A stretch of 64,000 bases of DNA from a virus (Duplodnaviria; Caudoviricetes): positions 64,001-128,000 of IMG/VR virus record IMGVR_UViG_3300029288_000065; one strand, given 5' to 3'. The position numbers and the translations under genes were made by a program. Position 1 is the stretch's first letter. Every line of letters starts with the position of its first letter. Shown here one piece after another: positions 31,581-41,248 of this stretch. Below the pieces are notes generated by a model, which saw only the letters and a list, made by a program, of their open reading frames with translations, was not told the DNA's origin and ran no database searches.

Positions 31581-33779
31581 ATGAATTTAAATTTTCCACC
31601 AAACCCTCCAGATGGAATGATTTTTGAATTGACTCCTGACGTGTATTATCAATTTGACAAAAAACAGAATACTTGGGTAAAGCTTGCTGGTTTTGAAATG
31701 ACAGTTGATGTTGCTACACCTTTAGCTGATGGCTTAATGTCAGCCGATGATTATAAGAAAATTAACAGACTTCTTATTCCTCCGCCACACACAACTTTAA
31801 GATCAGTATTTTGTGATATAATCTGGGATTCTGGAACTTTTGGTTTTAGGTCCAATAGTGAAGATATTTTCATTGATTTTGAATTACCGCTCGTTGAAAC
31901 AGATAAGAATGGTTTTCAGACAGCTACTAATCAAGTATTCCAAATCCATGAGAATACCTATGGTATGAATTTTAGAGTTAATATGGTCCAACTTTATCAG
32001 GAATTGGTTAATCGTGGTCAGTTAAGGTATAATAAGAGGATTGGAGAGCAGGGTCTTCGTGGTTTGAAGGGGCTTCCTGGACGTGATAGGTTGAATACAG
32101 GTCCTGTTGGGGCGGCGGGGGCAAATGGGAAGAATTCTGTTTGGCCTGGAATTTTATCTCAGAGTACATCTGGGGTTGCCAATGATCCAAATCGTGCAGT
32201 AGTAGACATTTCGGTTGAGAAAATTTCACCAACTGAGAATTATATTGTTGTTACACGGGGTAGTATAGTAAATTCTTCTTATTGTCCACAATATGTCAAA
32301 CCAACATCTATGAATTCGAAGTGGGTTTTGGCGATTGATGATCGACCTGAAACTACGACTCAAATACGAGAATGTGATGTATCAGAACAATGTGGTTTTT
32401 CTTGTACTGGGATTCGAACTTTAATAATTCCTTTCTGTACTACCAAATTATATTATTTTGATTTTTCAGAAATTGAGACTTCTATTTCTGATAGATTTAC
32501 TACATTATTAGAGAAAATGAAATCCGAAAAAGAAAAATTGGCTAATGATTGGCTAAAAACTATGATTTCAGTATTTTCTGAACAGAAGTTAGCTCTTTGT
32601 TGTGCTTTAGAAAATTGTAATACAAAATCAGAAAATAAGCGTACAAAAGAGTATATTGAGACTCAGCGTATTGCTGCTGCTCAAGCTGGTTTACAATTGG
32701 TTATTGGTAAGAAGAGTGATAATGCAAATCAATATGATGCCAATCCTGGTACACTTTGTCAATATCCTCCACCAAGTACATCTCCAAATACGCCTATAAT
32801 AGATCCTGATTCAAATCAGATTTGCCCTGCATTGGCGGTTATAAATTTGGATTCCAGAGTTAATTATAATAATTTAACTCCTGTGTCTATTGATATGCCT
32901 GCTGGTCGTTATTTATGTGAGATCACTGATTGTTGTGCTATAAATTATAATTATAATTCATGGGGTGGTGTTTATTGGGTTTCATACCATAATCTTTATG
33001 CAGAAAAGCATAATCAACCAGATAGAAATACTTATCCTGTTGGTTTGCCCATGTGGCATCTGGATGTTGAAGGTCCACAACACCAATGGGATGGTTGTGT
33101 TCCTGGACCACCCTTGGGAAATGGACTTGTCAAGAATTGTTACTTCGCAACTGAAGCTGAGGCCATTGCTTCTTATAAAGGAAATAGTACTTTAATTGCC
33201 CATGGTGGTGGTATGATGCATTTCTGGTCAGGTATGGGTGATAAATGTTGCGTCAATGGACATATTCAAATAACACTGAGAGATGCTGACTGTATGAATC
33301 CGCAACCAGGTAGTGTTGGTGTAGAATGCGCTACAGAACCAGCTTTCGCTACTGATATTACAGGAGTACCAGATAGTGAAAATTATTTTTGTGATATAAA
33401 TTTGGAACAAATTTTGTGGTACGAGTATGGCTGGCGTACAGGTGCTTGTTGTGGTGTATTACTTGAAGCAGGTGGAACCACCTGGATCGTAGTAAAGAGA
33501 TCAATTGCCGATGATGTTACTTGCGGCGGTGGTGAGAGTTTAAATACCCCTTGTATCAAGGGAGCATATGAACTTGGTTTTCATCCAGCGTTTGCATTCC
33601 CAACTATTGACGGACAGGTCTTTTTAGGTAAACCGACTACTGTTCAGAGGGTTATTCGAGATATTGATTTGGAAGGTGAAATTATTTCAAAGTTATCTAA
33701 AGGTCTCTATATTGAAATAAAGGGTGATCCGCTACATAATTTTGAAGGAATTTTGTTCCCATACGATCTTGGGTCATAA
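31581..33779 (+). CDS. Collagen-repeat tail fibre/spike protein (paralogue of upstream gene)
   Basis: FPPNPPDGMIF, ATP..DGLMSADD, GEQGLRGLKGLPG...GPVGAAGANG. Confidence 0.7.
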   Translation: MNLNFPPNPPDGMIFELTPDVYYQFDKKQNTWVKLAGFEMTVDVATPLADGLMSADDYKKINRLLIPPPHTTLRSVFCDIIWDSGTFGFRSNSEDIFIDFELPLVETDKNGFQTATNQVFQIHENTYGMNFRVNMVQLYQELVNRGQLRYNKRIGEQGLRGLKGLPGRDRLNTGPVGAAGANGKNSVWPGILSQSTSGVANDPNRAVVDISVEKISPTENYIVVTRGSIVNSSYCPQYVKPTSMNSKWVLAIDDRPETTTQIRECDVSEQCGFSCTGIRTLIIPFCTTKLYYFDFSEIETSISDRFTTLLEKMKSEKEKLANDWLKTMISVFSEQKLALCCALENCNTKSENKRTKEYIETQRIAAAQAGLQLVIGKKSDNANQYDANPGTLCQYPPPSTSPNTPIIDPDSNQICPALAVINLDSRVNYNNLTPVSIDMPAGRYLCEITDCCAINYNYNSWGGVYWVSYHNLYAEKHNQPDRNTYPVGLPMWHLDVEGPQHQWDGCVPGPPLGNGLVKNCYFATEAEAIASYKGNSTLIAHGGGMMHFWSGMGDKCCVNGHIQITLRDADCMNPQPGSVGVECATEPAFATDITGVPDSENYFCDINLEQILWYEYGWRTGACCGVLLEAGGTTWIVVKRSIADDVTCGGGESLNTPCIKGAYELGFHPAFAFPTIDGQVFLGKPTTVQRVIRDIDLEGEIISKLSKGLYIEIKGDPLHNFEGILFPYDLGS

Positions 33780-33781
33780 TA

Positions 33782-34366
33782 ATGGGTAGATATGTCATTC
33801 GGACAAGTCAATATTGTGCCCTCTGTAAAGAAATAAAATTTCAAAAATGGCTTCATGATAATTCCGCGAATTTATATGAAAAATTAATGAATCACCTAAA
33901 AGATAGTACTAGTTGTAAATCCAACACAAAAAAAATGATGGAAATACAGATGGATCTTGGGAAAGAAGGAAAATTGGTTGATTTGGTAAAATTTTTATTG
34001 GTTGAATATCCAATTACTATTGACAAGGATGGGGACATAGATGAAAAGGCACCAGAAATTATATCGACCCCTGGTCCTCAGAGGAGTAGGTACTTAACGA
34101 AGATTGATAATGATGTAGTTTTTAAACACTATAATCCCCATATGCTGACATTTCCTCAGAAGTTGGTAATGCAGAATTCTGATTTAAAGCAATTGGAATT
34201 GGATGCAAAGGATTTTATTACTGGAAAATTGAATACTGATTATATTATTATTGATGATAAGGCATACATAGAATATTTTAAGTTGAAATATCAGGATGAG
34301 AGTAAGAAAATTCCAAAGGATAAACGTGAAATCTTTTTATATCGTACAAAGACAAATATAGTTTAG
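33782..34366 (+). CDS. Hypothetical protein
   Basis: ORF, CALC near N-terminus. Confidence 0.5.
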   Translation: MGRYVIRTSQYCALCKEIKFQKWLHDNSANLYEKLMNHLKDSTSCKSNTKKMMEIQMDLGKEGKLVDLVKFLLVEYPITIDKDGDIDEKAPEIISTPGPQRSRYLTKIDNDVVFKHYNPHMLTFPQKLVMQNSDLKQLELDAKDFITGKLNTDYIIIDDKAYIEYFKLKYQDESKKIPKDKREIFLYRTKTNIV

Positions 34367-34367
34367 A

Positions 34368-34700
34368 ATGGCTACAAATACTACATATGTAAAACCAGGA
34401 CCTCAGCAACCACAACAACGTCCTTTAAAATGTCCAAAATGTAATTCAACAGATATTGTTGCTGGAAATTCCGAACATAAGAACAAGTGTGAGAAATGTG
34501 GGTATACATGGTTTAGTGATCCGGATTCCAAAAAAGACGTTGTCCCTGTTTTGACAGGGGATACAAAGACTGGGAAGCAAGTTGATGAATCGTTGGTTAT
34601 TGTTTTAAAATCACCAGAAATTCTTTTGACTTTAAACCAGAAACCAAAGACAAAATTTGAGAAGCAATTAGATGAGGAACTTTCTCGTCTTGGAGATTAG
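34368..34700 (+). CDS. Zinc-ribbon protein
   Basis: CPKC...CEKCGYTW; C-terminal FEKQLDEEL. Confidence 0.6.
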   Translation: MATNTTYVKPGPQQPQQRPLKCPKCNSTDIVAGNSEHKNKCEKCGYTWFSDPDSKKDVVPVLTGDTKTGKQVDESLVIVLKSPEILLTLNQKPKTKFEKQLDEELSRLGD

Positions 34701-34702
34701 AG

Positions 34703-35752
34703 ATGGAACCAAATGAGATTGCCAATTACCTTGGTGATGATGACCATGTTGAGAATGTAATTCAGGAAGTCGTTGATATTCCAGATGACAAGCTTTTGAC
34801 AGAAGCTGGTTTGCTTGGCAGAATTTTTACTTCAGTACTTCGCGAAGTATTCCCAAACTTGGGGATAGATATTACAGATCCGACTATAAAGAGAGCATTG
34901 GCTGTTCATCCTGATATTGGAAATATTGCAAAATTTGCTCAACAATATCAAGCTTCATTGGTTGGTTTAATGCAAGCTACCAGGTCCTATATAAAGGACA
35001 AAGCTGTTACTGAGAAGGTCCACGATGTATTGAGGAATGCTGTTAAGGTTGGTGTTCCAATTATTAAGGAAGCGGCTGCGGCTGCTGCTGAGAAGTTTGC
35101 TCAGGAAATGCGTCATAAGGGTGAGGGAGATCTTGAACGAAAGACTGATAAAGTTGAAGGTGATATTTCCAAGACGGTGGAACCTCCAAAACCTGCACAA
35201 CCAAAACCACAAGATCTAACTGGTAGAGGTGACGAGTTAAGAGGTACACCAGGATTACAGATGGCTTCCTTTAACCGTATAGGTTACAAAACTATTCTGG
35301 AAGCCGAACAGCCAGTACCATCCTCAGGACCAGTCAACACGCCAAAAGCAATAGACAAACCACGTGCTGGTCCAGTCTTGAAGAGTAAAGAACTTCTTGC
35401 TGGAATCCCAAGTAACCAAAAGCCTTTGAATAAACCAATTTCAAAACCAGCAGCAATGCCCCCGAGAGTGGAGTGTGTTATTGATTTAAAGCAATTAACG
35501 GAGATGATTCAGGCGGCTGGGGCGTCGACGGGTACTGATGAGGGAATAAAGCCTCTGGATATTCCCCCGAGTAAGAAGAAATTCACTACGATCCTTTTTA
35601 AGGATAATGGTCGTCCGAAATATAAGGTTGCTGTGAAGAATGATGGTCAGAATATTCATGAACTTGAGAATATTGCAAAACGAATAATTAATGGAAATCC
35701 CCCTGAAGGATGGGTTAGTGGAGAAGATTACGCAATAATTAGACTTGGCTAG
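34703..35752 (+). CDS. Putative head-associated protein
   Basis: LLTEAG and TILEAE candidate protease sites, Pro/Lys linkers. Confidence 0.5.
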   Translation: MEPNEIANYLGDDDHVENVIQEVVDIPDDKLLTEAGLLGRIFTSVLREVFPNLGIDITDPTIKRALAVHPDIGNIAKFAQQYQASLVGLMQATRSYIKDKAVTEKVHDVLRNAVKVGVPIIKEAAAAAAEKFAQEMRHKGEGDLERKTDKVEGDISKTVEPPKPAQPKPQDLTGRGDELRGTPGLQMASFNRIGYKTILEAEQPVPSSGPVNTPKAIDKPRAGPVLKSKELLAGIPSNQKPLNKPISKPAAMPPRVECVIDLKQLTEMIQAAGASTGTDEGIKPLDIPPSKKKFTTILFKDNGRPKYKVAVKNDGQNIHELENIAKRIINGNPPEGWVSGEDYAIIRLG

Positions 35753-35780
35753 GTATATAACAACAACTGGGGATTTTTCA

Positions 35781-36671
35781 ATGCACATACAAGAAGCATT
35801 TGGGATATTTGATAATGCAAGAACTTTCGCACTTAGTACCGGAAAGAAACCAACAATAATACTTAAACAAACAGAGCATTTTGGTGATACGTTGTATGCT
35901 ACCCCAATTTTAAGACATTATCGGTTAAAGTATCCAAATGGTTGTGTATTATTCGTAACAGGTGATAAATTTGCTGATGTTCATAAATATAATCCTCATA
36001 TTGACAAATTGTTTATAGTTCCAGTTAAATCTGATTGGCGAGCATCTTACGTTCATAAGTTGTTTTCTCTGGAAGGAATTGATTTTAAACTGGCACCAGC
36101 TGTAATTTTTGGTACATTTCTTCCATCGCATGTTTGGTCGCTTCCAAATATTTTCGATCAATATATCAAAAATGCTGGAATAGACGGAGAATTACTTGGT
36201 GGTAGGCAGACAGTTGCTGTTACAGATAAGGATGATGAGGATTGGGTTACTTGGTTTTTGACGAAGAATCAAGTCGATCCACGTAGAGCTATCGCTCTTG
36301 AATATCATAGTTATTCTCATAGTCATGGTTGGTCTCATCTCGAATTTCAAAGGTTTTGTGAATTGTGTGTGAATAAGGTCTACGTAATTTCACTTGCTGG
36401 TTCTCATGAGAATATCTATGCAAAGACAGTTGATGGTCGTGGTATGTCTTGGAGAAGATCGGCTGCGTTACTAAATAGAATTCGTGGGATAGTTGGGATG
36501 AGTTCTGGGATGTGTGTTCTTGCATCTTCTTGTCCAAGTAAGCCTTTCATCTTTGAATTGAATTGTCCAGATAGTATCTCGATTAGGAAAATGGGTTTCA
36601 GTGAAAATTGCCAATCTCTGGTCGGATACAATGCTGACCAAGTCATTAAACTTGTTTGCGAGAGACTATGA
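35781..36671 (+). CDS. GT9-like (heptosyltransferase-like) glycosyltransferase
   Basis: HFGDTLYATPILRHYRLKYP...YNPHID; GMSSG. Confidence 0.8.
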   Translation: MHIQEAFGIFDNARTFALSTGKKPTIILKQTEHFGDTLYATPILRHYRLKYPNGCVLFVTGDKFADVHKYNPHIDKLFIVPVKSDWRASYVHKLFSLEGIDFKLAPAVIFGTFLPSHVWSLPNIFDQYIKNAGIDGELLGGRQTVAVTDKDDEDWVTWFLTKNQVDPRRAIALEYHSYSHSHGWSHLEFQRFCELCVNKVYVISLAGSHENIYAKTVDGRGMSWRRSAALLNRIRGIVGMSSGMCVLASSCPSKPFIFELNCPDSISIRKMGFSENCQSLVGYNADQVIKLVCERL

Positions 36672-37693
36672 AATTTGATGTCTTTGTTTACAATATTCCA
36701 CATAATGCCTGGACGTATTGTCGTGGATATATAAATGCATTTCAGAAAATGGGTTTGTTAAATAATGCTGGTGACATACATCTTTGGCATAATCCAGCGA
36801 ATTATCCCGCTCTATTCAGTGGCCCAGCTAATTTCATAGTAATGATAGGCCCTGAACATCATCGAAGTCAAATCTTTGGAACACCAGAGAAAAGAGCTGC
36901 AATTCAGACCTTAAAGAGGCAAACCGGAAAGAAATTAATTGCCATATGTTATGAATCTTCTGTTGATCCTTTTGGAGCTGATTCTTGGCAGAGAGCAGGT
37001 TATCCTTGGCTTGCCAACAATCTTTTTAGATATGGAAGTAGATCATCCCAATGCTATAGTACGAATGGTCTTATTGAACAATTTAGATGTTTTGATTATG
37101 TCTTCACTCAAGATGAGATAGATATGCGTTTTTTCCAGAACAATAAAATTGTATCTCATTGGTTGCCAGCTTGTTGTGATATTGATGTTTTCAAGCCAAT
37201 GGTTGAGAGGCCTGTAAATAGAGCTGGATTTATTGGTAATGTTTGGTGGCCCAGGGAAGATTTAGTGAAGTTCTATCCTTTCAAGTTTGATATAATGACA
37301 GTTCCCAAAACCAGTTTTGATTCACCAGATGCTCTTGGGATGGCTACAAGCCTGGCTCAGGCTTTTGGTTCTTTTAATATTGGTGTCAATTTGCGATCTC
37401 CTTTTGCTGGTGTTTCTATGAGAACATTTGAATTGATGGCTTGTGGGATTTGTCCGATATTATATCATCCAGCTCCTGATAGAGTGTTGAATCGTGGTGT
37501 ATTTGGTGATTGGCCTCATGTTGCATGGTTTACTGAATGGTCGCCAGATGATTCCAAGAAAATTGCTGGGTATTATACACATATGGTTGCAAATTATGAA
37601 CAGACAAGACAACATGGTATTGAAAACAGGAAGTTGATTTGTGAGAAACATACTCCAGTTCATAGAATAAATACTATCTCCAAGTGTCTCTGA
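36668..37693 (+). CDS. GT-B glycosyltransferase (CgeB/GT4-like)
   Basis: WLPACCD..FKP, GFIGN, IGVN...MRTFELMACG, KHTPVHRI. Confidence 0.8.
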   Translation: MKFDVFVYNIPHNAWTYCRGYINAFQKMGLLNNAGDIHLWHNPANYPALFSGPANFIVMIGPEHHRSQIFGTPEKRAAIQTLKRQTGKKLIAICYESSVDPFGADSWQRAGYPWLANNLFRYGSRSSQCYSTNGLIEQFRCFDYVFTQDEIDMRFFQNNKIVSHWLPACCDIDVFKPMVERPVNRAGFIGNVWWPREDLVKFYPFKFDIMTVPKTSFDSPDALGMATSLAQAFGSFNIGVNLRSPFAGVSMRTFELMACGICPILYHPAPDRVLNRGVFGDWPHVAWFTEWSPDDSKKIAGYYTHMVANYEQTRQHGIENRKLICEKHTPVHRINTISKCL

Positions 37694-37733
37694 GCAGTAA
37701 TATTCCAGATAAATATATTATAAGGAGACCAAC

Positions 37734-38951
37734 ATGGATCATTTGAATACCATAACTCCAATACATGAATGTAGGATATGCAATCAAGTTTCACCTTTCA
37801 GGACAGTAATCGATTTGGGAAGTCAGTTTATAGCAAATGCTTTCCATCCGAAGTCTGATCCGCCAACATTAAAAGCCCCATTAAAATTAGTTAGATGTAC
37901 TAATTGTAGTCTTGTACAACTTGAACACTCTATTAATTGTGATTTGATGTACCGAAATTATTGGTATAAGTCAAGTATAAACCAGACAATGCGTGATCAC
38001 CTTGAAGGGTTGATAGATTCAATTCTCCAAATAAAAAGAGTAAAATCAGGAGATACGGTAATAGATATTGGATGTAATGATGGTTGGACTCTTGGATGTT
38101 ATAAGCCGACTATAAATCGCATTGGTGTTGATCCTTCGAATATTAAACCAAGTAATACCAGTAAATTTATCAATGGATATTTTACAGCTGAAAACCTTGC
38201 AGACACCCCGAAAGCAAAGATTATAACGTCAATTGCAATGTTTTATGATTTAAATAACCCAAGAAAATTTATAGAAGATATTGATTCTCGCTTGGATCGT
38301 GATGGGATATGGGTTCTTGAATTGGCTTATCTTCGTGATATTCTAAGTGCCAATTGTTATGATACTATTTGTCATGAGCATGTTACTTATTATAGACTTG
38401 GAACCTTTGAGCCTCTGTTAAGTGGTTTAAATCTGGAAGTCTTTAAGGTTGAATTCAATAAGATAAATGGTGGATCGTTTAGAATCTATGTTGGTCGTAA
38501 GGGCAATTATAAGGTGGATAATGAAGTTCTGAATACTAGAGAATGGGAGAAATATCTCTTCCTAGATTCTGATAGGCCATATATTGAATTTGCTGAACGT
38601 GTTAACTCATCCAAGAATCAGCTGATCAACTTCTTGACAGAACAAAAGAGGAACGGTAAAAAGATATTTGGATACGGAGCTTCAACCAAAGGCCAAATAA
38701 CAATGCAATATTGTGGCATTACGCCTGATCTTATTGAAGCGGTTGCAGAAAGAAATCCGGATAAATATAATTTATACACACCAGGCACAAATGTTCGCAT
38801 TTGTTCAGAAGAAGAAATGAGAAATGCAAAACCAGATTTCTTGATTGTTTTCCCTTGGCATTTCCTACCTGAATTCAGAGAACGAGAAAAGATATTGATG
38901 GAATCTGGGACGAAATTGGTCGTTCCTTTACCACGATTTGAGGTGATTTAA
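37734..38951 (+). CDS. NDP-hexose C-methyltransferase-like (Zn-binding N-domain, SAM domain, C-terminal domain)
   Basis: CRIC...LG...C..C.LVQL, DIGCNDG, DTICHEH, GYGASTKG, PWHF. Confidence 0.88.
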   Translation: MDHLNTITPIHECRICNQVSPFRTVIDLGSQFIANAFHPKSDPPTLKAPLKLVRCTNCSLVQLEHSINCDLMYRNYWYKSSINQTMRDHLEGLIDSILQIKRVKSGDTVIDIGCNDGWTLGCYKPTINRIGVDPSNIKPSNTSKFINGYFTAENLADTPKAKIITSIAMFYDLNNPRKFIEDIDSRLDRDGIWVLELAYLRDILSANCYDTICHEHVTYYRLGTFEPLLSGLNLEVFKVEFNKINGGSFRIYVGRKGNYKVDNEVLNTREWEKYLFLDSDRPYIEFAERVNSSKNQLINFLTEQKRNGKKIFGYGASTKGQITMQYCGITPDLIEAVAERNPDKYNLYTPGTNVRICSEEEMRNAKPDFLIVFPWHFLPEFREREKILMESGTKLVVPLPRFEVI

Positions 38952-39592
38952 TGTGCAAATTCCTCACTGGACCCAGGGAAGCGAATAAAGCAACGGAATT
39001 TCTAATCCAGAATGGATATATTCCGAATTTTGCCTGTCAACCCAAAGATTGGGACGTAGCGCAAGTCCTACCGCAATTAAATGACGGTGATATTCTGGAT
39101 ATGGGGTGTCAGGGCTCAGTTATCCTAACAAATTGTGTGAAGATGGGATTAAAAGGAAAGAAGATTGGTATTGATTTCCAAGAAATTCCTGCGCCAGAAG
39201 GGGTAACACACATAGTTGGTGACTTAACCAAGACTGATTTCCCAGACAAAAGCTTCGATTTTATTACTTGTTTGAGTGTCATTGAACATGGCGTAAATGG
39301 ATATGTTTTCTTCCAGGAATGTTCAAGATTGTTGAAGCCAGATGGAAAATTATTCGTTTCCTTTGATTATTGGGAGCAGAAATTACATACTACTGCAACT
39401 GTCTTTGGTTTGCCGTGGTGCATCTTCTCAAGACAGGAAGTTGAGATTATCATCAACATTGCCAGTAAATATGGTTTGACCTTGTTGGGGCCGGTTGATT
39501 GGACCATAGGCGAACCAGTGATTCGTCCTGGTTTCTTTTCACCGTGCGAACATAGTTATACTTTTGGTTTACTTGGTTTTAAGAAGGCCTAA
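38951..39592 (+). CDS. Class I SAM-dependent methyltransferase
   Basis: ILDMGC, GDL..TDFPDKSFD, SVIEH, RLLKPDG. Confidence 0.85.
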   Translation: MCKFLTGPREANKATEFLIQNGYIPNFACQPKDWDVAQVLPQLNDGDILDMGCQGSVILTNCVKMGLKGKKIGIDFQEIPAPEGVTHIVGDLTKTDFPDKSFDFITCLSVIEHGVNGYVFFQECSRLLKPDGKLFVSFDYWEQKLHTTATVFGLPWCIFSRQEVEIIINIASKYGLTLLGPVDWTIGEPVIRPGFFSPCEHSYTFGLLGFKKA

Positions 39593-40039
39593 GGCTTTCT
39601 TCTCTTCCTTGGTTAGTTTTTCAAGAGCTTTCTTTTTGAGTTGGACTTTGGTCTCTTTTTCTTTCCAGATTTTTTGTGCTTCTTCCATTGCTGATCTTGC
39701 CATTATCATGAACCATTTCTTGTGGTATCTGCTGACTGGGTGGACGGCTTCTGCCTCTTCGATGAATTTATCGCAGAGTGAAAAAACAGTGTAGCTTGGC
39801 TTTCTTTGGATTGCTTCAAGCATCTTGGCTTTTACTCTTTGAGTATCTTTCTCGTGGTGTCTTTCTCGCCAGGTAGAGAGTTGTGGATTGGTATATTTGG
39901 CGAATAATTTGTCCTCAACTAATTCACCACAGAGATAACAGAGTAATCTGGTTACTTCGTTTAATCTCCTTCTTTGGGATTTTATAACCTTATTACATTG
40001 TCCATGTTCATCGATCGGTCCGCTATCTTGACAAGGCAT
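39569..40039 (-). CDS. Phage hypothetical protein
   Basis: MPCxD...LLCxLC...WxxRHxxxD pattern. Confidence 0.55.
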   Translation of the reverse strand: MPCQDSGPIDEHGQCNKVIKSQRRRLNEVTRLLCYLCGELVEDKLFAKYTNPQLSTWRERHHEKDTQRVKAKMLEAIQRKPSYTVFSLCDKFIEEAEAVHPVSRYHKKWFMIMARSAMEEAQKIWKEKETKVQLKKKALEKLTKEEKKALGLLKTK

Positions 40040-40049
40040 CCTTTTTCTC

Positions 40050-40253
40050 CTAGCAACAACATGCTGACATTGCTCTATTTAGTGTTCTGACTGCTCGTTT
40101 GCAGGTTTTGCATGGAGGTAAAGTATTATCTTTGTTTAGTTTTACTTCAAATAAGAAGGCATCTATTTTCCCACACATTGTCTTGCCGTTGGTAGATGCA
40201 TGCCACTTCTTGTCTGTCTTGAACCAATAGATAGTGGCTGCTCCATTATCCAT
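40050..40253 (-). CDS. Small Cys/His protein
   Basis: WH...TMCG...CKTC. Confidence 0.5.
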   Translation of the reverse strand: MDNGAATIYWFKTDKKWHASTNGKTMCGKIDAFLFEVKLNKDNTLPPCKTCKRAVRTLNRAMSACCC

Positions 40254-40474
40254 TATGCATTTCCCGTGAAAGAGACATCAATATGCATCTTATCCCTAAC
40301 TGCAATTGCCTGTTTCGGCAATACAGTCCCAGATTCATGTGTTCTTGGTCCACCTGTGAAAACAACTGTGTAGAGTGGTCTTGGGAATGCAAGGTCAACG
40401 ATCTCGGAGTATGACAAAGCCTTATCCGAGATTTCATGTGGTTTCCCGTTGATATAGATCGTTTTCTTTTCCAT
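40253..40474 (-). CDS. Multi-ubiquitin-family beta-grasp (ubiquitin-like) protein
   Basis: TIYINGKPHE...LSYSEIVDLAF...YTV.F..GP...G.V.....V.D.M.I.V..T; start MEKK at 40474. Confidence 0.7.
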   Translation of the reverse strand: MEKKTIYINGKPHEISDKALSYSEIVDLAFPRPLYTVVFTGGPRTHESGTVLPKQAIAVRDKMHIDVSFTGNA

Positions 40475-40585
40475 GGTTTGTCTTATCAAAGTCAAGGCAG
40501 AGCATAATTTCATAATCAGGCTAGAATGATAAAAGTAATTATGCAAATTCCAAATAAGCCAATCAACAGTCGTGGCTTCCAATCA

Positions 40586-40924
40586 ATGTTCAAAAAGGAA
40601 CTGACAATAACAAAGTTCCATAAGCGTGTGAAAGACAGTGAAGAAGGAGAGATACTTCAAGTCAAGTTTAACGTCCTAAGCCAGGATTTCGCTGCGCCAA
40701 ACCAATCAATGATAATTGCGATGGTGGTTCGAGTCAATGAAAGGTGGGAACACCGTCCCTCTGGGAGGTGCGAAAAGAGAATTGAACATGTAAATTTGGA
40801 TATCGATAATAAGAGATTTTTCAAGAGAAATAATCCAAAGATTACGGTGAAATATAAGAATGGCGCTGTAGTGATTGAAAGAATAATGAAGCTTCTGGCT
40901 AAGGTGATGGGAGAGAAAACTTAG
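40586..40924 (+). CDS. Hypothetical protein
   Basis: ORF; likely start MFKKEL. Confidence 0.5.
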   Translation: MFKKELTITKFHKRVKDSEEGEILQVKFNVLSQDFAAPNQSMIIAMVVRVNERWEHRPSGRCEKRIEHVNLDIDNKRFFKRNNPKITVKYKNGAVVIERIMKLLAKVMGEKT

Positions 40925-40933
40925 GAGAAATCC

Positions 40934-41248
40934 ATGTCTCAGCATGGCGAAGAACTAATCAGAGCCTGCACAGAACTAAGAATCCTGGAAGAGAACCACG
41001 CCGAGCACATCAAAGGTTGGAGATGTGGATTCTTCCCAGATGAGGATGTGCTGAAATATGCTCACGGAGAAGTAACAGAACTTGAAGAAGCACCAGATGA
41101 CATCAACGAAATGGCTGATGCACTAATCTGCCTGTTCTCCTATAGCGTAAGAAAGAAATGGAATATAGATGATGTGGGTAAAGCGATTCAATATAAATTA
41201 CGGAAGAGATTTAAAGACGTAGACAAACTCGTCTCAGGAAAATCTTGA
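40934..41248 (+). CDS. MazG-like dNTP pyrophosphohydrolase (DUF550-like)
   Basis: ExxELxxxPDDxxEMAD motif followed by K...R. Confidence 0.7.
   Translation: MSQHGEELIRACTELRILEENHAEHIKGWRCGFFPDEDVLKYAHGEVTELEEAPDDINEMADALICLFSYSVRKKWNIDDVGKAIQYKLRKRFKDVDKLVSGKS

Noticed and set aside
40922-40936. Programmed readthrough fusion at TAG (also 50812-50826)
   Set aside because: The 9-nt gap is explained by a TAGGAG Shine-Dalgarno overlapping the stop; in-frame spacing is expected by chance in one third of cases
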